A DNA stretch of 64,000 nucleotides from the NCBI RefSeq assembly GCF_964355755.1, contig NC_092671.1, positions 13,888,001 to 13,952,000 of the forward strand. Direction: 5' to 3'. Each line of letters begins with the position of its first letter. Within the stretch, counting starts at the first letter, position 1. Under the pieces are notes generated by a model, which searched no databases, was not told the DNA's origin, and saw only the letters and a program-made list of their open reading frames with translations. Origin of the DNA: Antedon mediterranea (taxonomy: Eukaryota; Animalia; Echinodermata). Below are positions 50,701 through 63,200 of the stretch, in pieces. Made by a program: the position numbers and the translations under genes.

Positions 50701-51182
50701 CAAATTGGCAGCATAGCTGTGACATTCATTTGATTTTGTTTATTATACCTGGCCGTTGCAACGAAGATCAAAATAATATAGTAAAGAAATAATCGAAAAG
50801 TATTCACATCTTAAAGGACAAGATTAGAAAACACCTGAAAAAACAGTCAAACAAATCATATTGTTATTATCCACTTTATTGGATATTATACAGTAAATAT
50901 TAAAGGTTATTGGATGACTTTCTAACATTTCAGAAAATGGTTTGATATATAATAAGTTCATTCATATTCAGTTGTAGAAAAGAACGACGTTCATGATTCT
51001 ATATGAGATATCGAGTATGCCGCTCCTCTTGCATTTAAAAAGTGTTTTTTTTTTATTGAATGAATCTCAACATTCATTTGTACACATACTTTTATTTAAC
51101 TTCTTTCTATAACAATTAATTACTATTAGTAATACAAGGTTAGAAAATATATAACATAGATTTTTCTTCTAAACTGACGTTG

Positions 51183-54100
51183 TCAATTCAAATTCCCCTT
51201 TACTTTCAAAATATACTCATTTTTAATTCTGTATTCCATTTGCTTTGTAAGTGCTTTGCGGTCAATCTGAAAAAAACCCATACATTACAGTTATTGACAT
51301 TGTACATACTTATTGGATGATGAATGTGGAGCTGTAGCTTGGTGGTTAACCAACTCCACTCCCTACGATACATTTTAAAATAGTTTATCCATCCTGTAAT
51401 TGGCAAGTTTGTGCTGTTGGATACGTAAGAAATAAAAAAAAAAGAATGTTAGTAAGCCTACCTTTCCAACATCAGTTGTCGTAAAATGATCGACTATTAG
51501 AACATAACCAGGTAGGTTTACGTCACGAACCTGAAAACAAAGCTAACAATATTGAAAAAAAACAGGCAATAAAGAATATACGAAAATTAGAGTAGACTTA
51601 CTTAATGCACGAATAATATTTGATAAATAAAATAGCTTCTACACTTTGCAACACGGGATATTCTCTTCTCTGTCTACCCATTGATTGTACCTCAATTTTA
51701 AAAAATGTTGACTTATCGACATCGCTCCGCTGTCACAGATTATGTAACAATTTGGAACACGACAGAGAAACCAATCACTACTGCGTCAGAAGAACTTAAA
51801 GTTTTGTCAACAAGAAATTATTGATACCAGGAAACTATAACTGTAATTACCAACCTTTCCATTTAAGTAGGCAAAAATGTGCTCTCCGTCGATAGTTATA
51901 TCATTTTGTGGTCTGTAATATTATATATATATATATATATATTATTGCATTGTACCTAAATATCTTAAACACGGTATAATTAATGGTATATTATCCTTTG
52001 CGGGGGTATAATGGATGGCAAAATAGGTACACATTTCTAGTTTAGCCTATAGGTAGTGAGTAATTTTGTCTTTCTGGTGTGGCGTTTGCTAGCAACATTG
52101 TATTGTGCATTCTCCTGCTTATTTTGACTTTCTTGCAGGTTAGCGTCCTTTTTAACAACACAAGAAAACAAACCTTATACATATGCAAATCTCCATCCCA
52201 AGACGTTTATCTGACACTCCAATTACCTATGAACAATAAATAGTTGGTAATACTCTATAGATTTTTAACGATAGTAAAATTATAGAGCGAGGCGCGCTCT
52301 TCTATTAAAATGTCGTAGACTAGGGAAGATTGAATAATAGGGAAGATTGAATAATAGGATAGTCGTGAAAGACCGTAAGTACGAATACGAATTCATCAAA
52401 CCCTATAAATACGATAGGGGAATCGATTATTTGAAGTAATGTTTTGTCTATTTAAACTTAATCAATGCATCTATAGGTACGACGTAATGCGCAAAATGCC
52501 ACAAGAACTTTATCTCACCTGAACTTGGTTTATTGACGGATGTTGTGAAAGTATATTTTCCATTGGAGCTGGGAACACTTTTGCCCCGCCTTTATTTATT
52601 ATTTCCTATACACAAACATAATGATTTTTATTTAAGGTCTATGTTACCAAACTGGAATATTGTTTAACTAAACCTTTTAATTGTTTTTAAAGCTTGGTTT
52701 TTACTAGCGACGCAACGTAACGCAACCTATGCAACGTAAGATAATGCCTTTCCGATAATTGTATTTTCCTCCGCCTGCCTGAAATCAAACCTGCGACTTT
52801 ATAGCACTATTGCGTCGTCGGTTCTTAAGCTTGGTTCCCACTAGAACGTAACGCAAGGACGTAAACGCAATGCAAGCGTGTTAACCAATAGACAGTTAGC
52901 AATCAAAAGCGAATAAGCCATCGCTTGTGATTGGTCAATTCACTTGCGTTGCGTTACGTCCTTGTGTTGCGTCGCTAGTGGGAACCACGCTTCACTTGTG
53001 ATTACGCAATACAACACTTTGCGTCAAAACGTCGCTGCGTTGCTTCGCTAATAGGAACCACGCTTAAAGCTTGATTCCCACTAGAACGTAACGTGAGGAC
53101 GTAAACGCAAAGCAAGCGTTTTAACCAATGACAAGCGAAGTTATAGACAGTTAGCAATCACAAGCGAATAAGCCATCGCTTGTGATTGGTCAATTCACTT
53201 GCGTTGCGTTACGTCCTTGTGTTGCGTCGCTAGTGGGAACCACGCTTTAGAGGGAAGTGGAATGAGCATAATTTACTACTAAAGGCCCACGGTAAGGTTG
53301 GGTTTCTAAAATAGAAATCGCCACCATTCCCTCCTCTCGTGTAGGCTATGCAGAACACATTCTGAGACTTCTTTCTCAAATATGAAAAAACTGAACTTAA
53401 CGTATGAATTTTACATAATTAAAGTTGAAATGTGTACTACCGTTTGTCTACCCACTATCGCAAGAATACCATATTCATCAAACACACCAAGGTCACTAAA
53501 AAGGAAACATGTTAAGTTTTATTTCACTTTCGTATCAACTAATAACCTTTCAGATATATATTAATAGTCATAACTAATATAAATGTATTCATTAAAATCC
53601 GAAAATAATATTAATAATAACGCATAATTACCCTGTTTTAAACCATGCACGAGGTGTCAACGTATCTTTGGTACGTTTCTCGTCACCTAAATATTCCTTA
53701 AACATACCAGGAGAACGACACCATATCTCGCCCACATTGCCAAGTGGTACACATATACCGTCATCATTAACAACTTTGATCTAAGAAAAAAGACATTTAA
53801 GTAAGTTCGCAATGCTTCAGCAATGTAAGAAGAAAAATATTCAATAGCATAACATACAGGTATCACAGATTGGAAAAAAGGGCGGGAGTTTTAAATTTAT
53901 TTTTGGCAGTTGGACTTATTACTACTGTTTTATAAAAGTGCAGATCTAATTAAGATCAAAATAAACAACCAAAAATCCATTGACTTGACCTGCAATTCAA
54001 TTTGACTATGTTTTTCAGATAAACAATTTATTTTCGATCTATTATGTGACATTAACATGGCATATTTAAAAAAAAAAAAAAATTTCAGGGTGACAATATA

Positions 54101-57100
54101 TCTTTAAATATTATGATAAACAATATAAACAAAACTATTTCATTATACATTACTTCAACATTTGGAAACGGTTTGCCCGGCGAGTGTCGAATTGTCGGTG
54201 AGTCCCACTGCGTCGACGATGTTAATAACATTCCCTCTGTCGAGCCATATGACATCTACAAAAACAAGCACACTTCATGAGCGGATTAAATAGATTTTAA
54301 ATCTTGCTTTGGGCTACTACTATTACTTATTGCCCCTCCTCTTGAATTTCTGTTTTCGCGATGTTATTTTGTTATCATTTCTTTTTCTTAAATATTAATC
54401 AAGATCAACAATATGTATAGTTAGTGTATCAGGAACAAAGAGTAATATAATATGATTAAGAAATATGTAAACGGGAACACTATCTATAGTTTGCAGGTGA
54501 ATGTACAATTTCTTACTATCACTTGGCAGTTAGCTTTTCTTTCAAAGTTCTCCATCATATCTACGGGTATACTCGATCCTCCAGTACTACCTGATATAAG
54601 ACACAAAACTCAAAATGAGAAGGCTCATTCAGTCGATTAATAAAACTCTATTGTTGAAGTGTTTTCATTTGTTAATGTTTTCTTTCTTATTCTATTTATT
54701 CGACTTATTTATTGAAGTATTCGAAGAGGATTACACGGAATTATTCAAATGAAAATCATTTTGTCAAATTAAATTATTGTTTAGCCTATTTAAAGTGAAT
54801 ATTGAGATAACAAAATAAATGATACTAACATACAGTCAGCGATCTTAAGTCATATTTGTCGACTTCTTTGAAGTTTACAAAATCGTACAGACCCTTGATT
54901 AGAAATAGCGTATCTGTGCACCTATAGTAAGGGTACATAAGTATAATAAATATCATCTGGTAAACAAAATAATTGAATAAAAGACTCTAAATGGATTGGT
55001 GTACCAGCCTATTGCATACTTACTTTTCGGATTTGTTTGTTGATTAAGTAGGCATTACACTTACCGTTCATTTTGAATTGTTTCTAGAGTAGATTGAATG
55101 GTATAAGTTGGTGACGCAAGTACTGCAGTTATACCGACCACGAGAGGTGGCATTACCAAGGATATCTCTCCGCTAACGTGTGTGGAATTGCGGCCCAAAT
55201 ATCTGCGGTGCTACGATATTAACAGAATTAGTGTCTATTACTAAAGATGTAATGTCCTTCAAAAACATAACAAGAAAAATAATAAAATCAGACTTTGTTT
55301 TTTCAGGTATTATTTTTTCCATCCAAATTTTGATAACAGTGACTAACCTTTAGGCCTCTGTAGCATTAGGCCTAATGACATATTCAACCAAACAACTATA
55401 ACAATTATTTTGTCAGGAAAATATATCTTTAATATTCACAACATGGGTGACCAATGATTGCAGTTCAAATCATCAGTGTTTGATGGGAGCATAGCTTAAA
55501 GAACAGTGCACTATCGTGATACAACATACACTAAATAGCTTGTTCAATATGCTTACTGGTTTATCCTCTTCAATGTAAGATAAAAACGTGTTACAGCCAT
55601 TGATACCACTGGAATGTGTATGGACTACGAGCTTAGGGGGTCCTGTGGAACCCTGTTTTAATGAGAAAATATAAATTACATTGATGTGCAGTATGTTTTT
55701 CCATGATGCTGGATTCTACTATATAGAGAAGATACCCCAAAGGGCACACAATGTCATTATTGCAAATAATGTGTTCACATGGTCTTTGAAGATTCTATCT
55801 TACACTTTAAATCTAATAAAAATCTTTATCGTAAAAGGTTTTATCCTATAGAACTATAAGATAATATTTCCACACGTCTAATCAAATGGCGTCATGATCA
55901 GTAAGAGCGATAAAATCATGACGATATAACGATTGTTCTTATTGATTATGACGTCATTTTTTTGGGATTTAAAAAAATGTTATATCTTTTTTAAAGACAG
56001 CATTAATGGTTATGGTTATCCTATACTTTGCAAGAAAAATGCCTGATTCATTTATTAGTCTTTTCGTATGTCTTACCGATGTACTAAAAATATCACAGTC
56101 ATCATCCGGGTTAACTTCATTTTTTCTTTGGCTGAACATTTCTCTAAATTTAGGTTCAAATCCGATTTTCTCAATCTCATCGAGCAAATATGTACTGTCA
56201 ACAACAGCGAAAAAGATTTGATACAAAAAAGAACAGTATCGAAAGTAGAATAATGAATAATATTGGTGGAAAACAAATTATATTAATTCAAATTCACATT
56301 AGATTGAGATTGACAAGACGATTACACAATAGAAAAGTCGAGATAAACGAAAGGAACAAAGTTTATTGGAAATATAGTCATATCTAAGATAAACATAAGA
56401 TTACTATACCCTTTGTTATCGTCTCCGACGCCTATAATGGTATTTGGAAGTCTGTGAAGATAAATTTTAACATTTAAAAGAGCATTTGATTTAAAGAACT
56501 TTAAAGAGCGTTTCGTTTTGCGACCACGCTTTGGTATGTTGTTGGTATAGTCCCACATCTGTACATAGGCCACCAAAATTGTGCCGAGGAGATAATTTTT
56601 GACTTGTTCCAGGTCGTCGTAAACAATATTATTCATATTTACCTGATCGATTTGTCGGAACTCTCCTTGATGTCTTCCAATCTATTGGATAAGTTACGCG
56701 GATTCCTCCCTAACACAATTACTTTTGAATCAGTCTGTGAAAAAAAAACTACTATTCAAAGCATTACAATGGCAATAAATGTTGCTTAGCCAATTATTTC
56801 CAGTATTTTAACAATGTAATATCAGGGAGTTGTTCTGGTAATATACTATAGAAAGCATAATCTTCTACTTTAAATATTGCATTTAACACGATTTCTTCTT
56901 GAGTCAAAAATCAAGGTCTACGTGACAAGTTTTATAGTGAACTGGAAATTGTGATTTTATTTTCAAAATAATAATAATAATGGTTTTTAAAAAACTTACA
57001 CGATGTAAGATGTCTTGTACAGTACTGTTAGGAAAGTTTGCACGAATCCGAACCTATCAACAAAATGTCAAGATGATGAAACCAAGCTTTATTTTCTATA

Positions 57101-57865
57101 AAATGTTTCACATTTCAAAAATTCACGTCTGATTCAGTCTGTAAAATTGGTCAAACATCTTACCTTAGAATAGGCATTCATTCCAAAACAAATTTCAAAC
57201 TGTAGATCATATTATAAAATAAATTTTCTTCCAAACTTTCAGCTATCATATTCTACATAGAATATATGAAACATTATTGAATTTCAACGGTGTATCTATT
57301 GTCACTAAATTAATAAAGTCTTACAGATATAAGGCCAATAGATCTTGCAGCGGCTACACAAAGTGGAAATTCCATGTGCAGATCTGTCCAAATGGCTAGT
57401 CGGTCACCTTTCTCCATGCCAAGAGATAATAGTCCACAAGCTATGTTTTCAACCTAAATCAACAAAAGGCTATTTAAGTAATTTTATTGTTAACGTAATT
57501 TTTTCCATAGTCGCAGCATGGGAATTGTGAAATGATGTTGATTTGACCGTAAAAACCATGTTATCGTCGTCGTTATCAGGGAGACATCTCCATGTCGTTA
57601 TCAAGTAAAGTTATCAAACAATAAACATGATCAGTAAGTCTATTTAAAAACAATTGTTCACCACTTGCATATTATACAATCCTGGGTTCCTTACCCGATC
57701 TTTGAAGTCTTTAAATGTTATTCGCTCTTTGTCTTCCACAAACACGTACATTTCTCGATCTGGGTGGTCAAAAACACGTTTTTCAAGTAACTGATGAGCT
57801 GTAAGTCCAATTAGTTGACAACTGCGATGGGAACTTACGTAACTTATATTTCTTTCGATCTCCAT
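51183..57865 (-). CDS. ACSF2-like: ACSF2-like acyl-CoA synthetase (ANL adenylate-forming superfamily), copy B, 18 coding exons, 556 aa, intact
   Basis: Exons: 57695-57865, 57325-57453, 57000-57053, 56643-56734, 56410-56451, 56077-56194, 55557-55652, 55065-55210, 54830-54921, 54517-54590, 54154-54255, 53632-53780, 53441-53495, 52519-52605, 52174-52226, 51855-51912, 51462-51530, 51183-51266; 1671 nt, phases consistent. Motifs: GMEKGDRLAIW, P-loop STSGSTGPPK, YGSTE, GEIWCRS, WFKTGDLG, IVGR, KGGAKVFP, VQVIGV, TDVGKIDRK (catalytic Lys). Colinear with ACSF2 as I recall it (LASP, ERCT, SYV start). Confidence 0.9.
51328..51443 (+). mobile_element. Short internally deleted SINE with poly-A tail and 6-bp TSD
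   Basis: GGAGCTGTAGCTTGGTGGTTA head, A-tail, TSD GAATGT (51322-51327, 51444-51449); empty site GATGATGAATGTTAGTAAGCC in the paralogous intron near 41345-41364. Confidence 0.75.
52691..53246. mobile_element. Cluster of three related PIF/Harbinger-like MITEs (outer 52691-53064, nested 52828-52991, adjacent 53068-53246)
   Basis: Termini AGCTTGGTTCCCACTAG...CTAGTGGGAACCACGCT, TAA/TTA flanks; the nested and adjacent copies are near-identical. Confidence 0.8.
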
Positions 57866-58349
57866 TTTCTACGGGGGAAAAGAGTGTAAAACCTTTATAA
57901 ATAGATACCATACCCATATGCAATTCTATTGGTAGGCGGATGACCGCTCGTATAGATCATGGATTTCTGTATCCGCTCTAGTAATCGCTCTTATATGTTC
58001 CACACACCCGATTCTGCTACTGTCCACATGTGCTATCTGTAAAACTATAGCAAGTTATACACGTTGTTGTCTGCTATAAATGCTGTACTTTTAACACACG
58101 GTACACTGTCTGTAGCACAGTGTCTGTTGACAATTTACAATGATGTACTGTACAACCATAGATAGGCAGGTTTTCGTACTGCCATGCAAGAATGGATAGG
58201 TGTTTTCCGCCGCTTTTAGGCCTTCTTGTCAATTATTGTTATTATTATACGAATTACGTAATTAGTTTAGTAGCTCATCTACCTTTTTAGCAGGGCATAA
58301 TGAATAGTGTAGCTAGGCTAGGCCTACTAGTCTAGCGGGAAATCAACCA

Positions 58350-59080
58350 ATTATTTGGTTGGATACGAGTTTAGGGTAGGAAGTTAAGTACGAGTTGGCA
58401 TAGGTACGAGTCGACCAGGGGTGAATCGACCAGGGTACTACCGGCCGCCCTACTAGAGCATAGGCTACAGGCCTGCAGGAATGGGAAATCTGTCCTAGCT
58501 ATAGGCATAGGCCTACATTGGGACGCCCAAAAAAGCCATCCCATGAGCATAAAAAGGCTTCGTAGAGCCAGACGTGTTAGCCTATACTACACAGTACTAG
58601 TACGTCTACCATTTATTATAGTTCCATGGTACTATACTACGGATCACTACTATCTAGACCTAGCTAGTATGCTAGAGTTCCAGTAATTTCGGTCGCGTTT
58701 TCGGCCTACTTATCAGGAGGGCATGTGAGAGGTGAGGTAGGTTAGCCCAGCTAGGCTAAACTAACCTGTAAGTAGTATTCTAGCATGGGAACGAGTTGGC
58801 ACAGTGGTACGGGTTGACCCTTATCATTTTCTAGGGTGCTGGTCAACCTACCCATGCCAATTCGTACCCAATTTGGCTAACCCGTACTCAAATAATTGGT
58901 CAAATCGTACCAACTTTGGCTAACCTGTACCAAAACTTTTAATAGCATTAAATATGGATACTGGTCAGCCCATGAAGAGTACGAGCCAGCCCTTGATGAT
59001 TACTAGAGTGCGAGCCAACATTTTGGGTACGGATATACCAAAATTTGGTTACCAGTTGGAATTGCGAGTTGACCTGTATT
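58350..59080. mobile_element. Fragments of a DNA-transposon family with GGTACGAGTTG(A/G)C subterminal repeats
   Basis: Repeated TACGAGTTGGC/GTACGAGTCGACC/GTACGGGTTGACC at 58363-58435, 58790-58820 and 59025-59075, and inverse GGTCAA..CGTACC copies at 58841-58931. Confidence 0.5.
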
Positions 59081-60289
59081 CTTCTAGCTAATCTTACTAG
59101 GCCTCGAGTAGGTCTACGCTAAATTCCGGCTACAATAATGGTCTATTCTGTTTATAGCTTTATTGATACTGGGTTCAAATCTGGGTTGGGACGGCTTTTT
59201 CTCATTCAAAAACAGATTTCTTTATAATAATAAAATAATATCGGCCTATGAATTTAACTTAATATTGTATTGTTTACATAATATTAGTAATTCCCATTGC
59301 ATTTATTATTATTATTATTATATATTTTACGGTTACCCCTTAATTATAGTAACTATAGTATAACTTCCTTGTTATATTTTACAATATTGTCTTCATAATT
59401 CAGCAATTTTTTTTTTTCACAGCACAAATTATCATACTGAATCATCACACACCAAGTCTCATGAAATCTCTACTGTATTTCTGCAAGCTAATGCAGCTAC
59501 ATGGTATTGCCTTGAGGCTAAATTACACTGTATACTGGCACTACCATCATTCCTAGCCCACACGTAAGTACAGTCGTGTACTACTGATTCCATCCTGTGG
59601 TCAAGGCTTTATTTGCTCTTATGCTTATTTCCTCTAACATACAGAGTATGTATGGCTTCTAATTTGCTTTTATACCGGTTAATTTAAAAATCATTTATGC
59701 CTATTGGTGCATAAAGATCAAATTTAGACTGTAAATACTGGAATAATCACCCAAAATTTATTTCACAGCTAGAAAAAAGCATACAGAGTTTTTTGTTGTT
59801 TGTTTTATTCATAACTGTTGAATTGCATCCCAATACATGGTATTGGTATTATATCTATAAATATAAAGTACTCTCTTATAAATAGATGTATCTCTCCAAA
59901 CTACTCCAACTATAGTATACTAATAATGTACTATTAGCATACTACTGTACACTTTGTAGACAAGAAATAAGTTGTATCCACCTAGAGGACTTATGTTAGT
60001 ACTGTACAGTCGATCGTCCTCTCACTGGCCTGGTCAACATAATCTACGCCTAGATTATTACAGTAATTAAAAAGTACATTATTACAGAGATTTTTTTTTT
60101 TTTTGCAGAAATCAAAGTTATGTGTATAGAAAGCAGTACTCGTATTAAAAACTAAGCAGGTTGTACTGAACGCAAACTGGCAGGATATTTTGAATATTTT
60201 TTGTTCATTTTCCACGAACTGGAGACAAAGACATATTACGACCCTTTTATTTAAATTTATTTGGATAGACCGCCATGTAAATTCATTAA

Positions 60290-63200
60290 AGGCTATATGA
60301 TTGTTTTATATTTTAATAATGTGATAGTAGAAAACCATTGTGCATAATGAGGACTATGAATCTAATATTTACTTGCATTCTCATCTTTTTAACATTAAAT
60401 TTATAATGCTGGTAATGAATTTACTATTGAAAAGGTCATGTTTCCACTTATCTCAAATGTTGGCACCCGGCCCACCTCTAACCTTGGTAGAACTGACTGT
60501 GTTCTACATGAGTACATATAGTAGTGTTTCCACCATACTACTTCAACCTGGTAATTGAATAAATTTCATTGGGGTAACATTTAAACTAATTATCACCTTT
60601 AACATAAAGTATCCTCCTGAAACATGTATTTGTACTGTACTTCATCCATTACTTAATACTAATCTATGTGATTTATGTCTAACTTCAGGAATGATCTGAG
60701 GCTAGAAGAACGAATTTCTGTACACATATAAAAAATAAACCAATGTTTTCCTAATAATTTAACCCCTAGGTTGATAACTAACAAAGAAATTATTGAAATT
60801 ATGTTCTCACAATATATAGGTGTACTGTATCTACATATGCATGCTGCTGTACTTGTTTTTAACCGCATAATGGCATTGAAAACAAGAATGTTTTATAATT
60901 ATTATAGGTTATTTCTAAATATTAAAAGTCTGAAACAGAAACTAAATGTTACCAAACTATGTTTTTGAAAATCTCTATGATATAATATAATAATATGAAC
61001 ATAATATTAAATTATATTGATAATCATCATGTCCTTATAAATTCATTTATATTTCTTTTGTGTAATATAGTTCATATATTATGTATTAAATAAATTGGTA
61101 AGGCCCTATACTGTTTATATTTAAGGAAAGTTTATATACACTATTATTTTATGCCTACCAATATAGTATTAATTGTTTATGTAACTATTTTGTCTAATTG
61201 CATTGATTTTTTGTATAGGCCAATGGCATTAATGTTTTTCTCAAAGCAAATTAGCCTAATAATGCCATATTTAGACACATAATTCTTTGATTTCTGATAT
61301 TCTGTACTTGTGTATGCATTACTAAAATAGTAGTTATTTTATTTCATTTATAATGTATGTATAAACATTTATTCAGTTTTTTTTTACCTTTTTAAGTTTA
61401 AAAAATATTAAAATACCTATCAACCTTTCTGTTATTGTTACTATTATAATATTTTTTGCAGAAGATTGATTTCAATAAAAAAATTTAAAACATTTAATTT
61501 GACTTATACTGTACTATGTTAGTTCAGGAGATGAAGTGTGTGTTGGTAGAATCTGGTGTGTTTGAGGTTGGTGATGTGAGGTGTATTTTTGTGACTTGAA
61601 GACCTAAATTAGATGTTTTCTGAAGAAAAGAAGCAAATAGGCTTCCCAATAAAATAGTATGTAACAGTGTATATTAAAGTACATTGAATGAATTCGAGCG
61701 GAAAAATAACACACATAAAAAAACATTCATTTCCTTGTCGAAAAGCGCCCTCTCTAGTTTTCTATTAATTTATTAATAATTATTATTAATTAATGAGTAA
61801 TATAAACATATTTTTAACATTTCATGCTGGAAGCTGATTCTACTCCAAACAAAGTTTCATACCTCCAAATTTCATCAACGTATTCAAAGCACTTCAATAA
61901 ATATCACATTGAACATTAAAAATTAGGGTTATGGATAGAATTTTGCTTAAAACATATACAAAAAACATCGATAAAAATATTTTTCGTATTCAAAAACATT
62001 TGATACTTGGTATAAATGTTCAATATAGGTTGCTCCATCCATATTGCAAAAAAAAAAATGACTATCGAGCCATATTACTGATTTTTTAAATTTACGTTTT
62101 TACAAAATGTACACTTATGAAAGACCATACAATTCCAATGCATTTTTTAAACCTAATAACGATTTTGAAAAAAACAACCAACAAAATACGTTCATGAATG
62201 AAATTTTGTTTCTGTGAATAGAGCAACCTATATTGAACATATAAAAGAAGTTTCAAATGTTTTTAAATTCGGAAAGTATTTTTTATCGATGTTTTTTGTA
62301 TATGTTTTTAAGCAAAATTCTATCCATAACCCTAATTTTTAATGTTCAATGTGATATTTATTGAAGTGCTTTGAATACGTTGACGAAATTGGGAGGTATG
62401 ACACCTTGTTAGGAGTAGTATCAGCTTCCAGCATTAAATGTTAAAAATAAGTTTATATTACTCATTAATTAATAATAATTATTAATAAATTAATAGAAAA
62501 CTAGAGAGGGCGCATTTCGACAAGGAAATGAATGATTTTTTATGTGTGTTATTTTTCCGCTCGAGTTTATTCAATGTAGTGTAACACTGTTACATACTAT
62601 TTTATTGGGAATTATTTTTGTGTGAGTCTTCTTGGAGTTGTTTGAAAGCCTATCCACTTACTTCTTTTCTTCAGAAAACATCTAATTTAGGTCTTAAAGT
62701 GACAAAAATACACCTCACATCACCAACCTCCAACACACCAGATTCTCCCAACACACACTTCATCTCCTGAACTAACATAGTACAGTATAAGTCAAATTAA
62801 TTGTTTAAAATGTTTTTATTGAAATCAATCTGCCTCAAAAAATATTATAATAGTAACAATAACAGAAAGGTAGATAGGTATTTTAATAATTATTTTTAAA
62901 CTTAAAAATGTAAAAAAAACTGAATAAAAGTTTATACATACATTATAAATGAAATAAAATAACTACTATTTTAGTAATGCATACACAAGTACAGAATATC
63001 AGAAATCAATGAATTATGTTTCTAAATATGGCATTATTAGGCTAATTTGATTTGAGAAAACATTAATGCCATTGGCCTATACAAAAAATCAATGCAATTA
63101 GACAAAATAGTTACATAAACAATTAATACTAATATTGGTAGGCATAAAATAATAGTGTATATAAACTTTCCTTAAATATAAACAGTATAGGGCCTTACCA

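Noticed and set aside
41176-57865. Firefly-type luciferase genes
   Set aside because: Same superfamily, but motif order resembles ACSF2, there is no PTS1, and nothing in the sequence indicates light emission.
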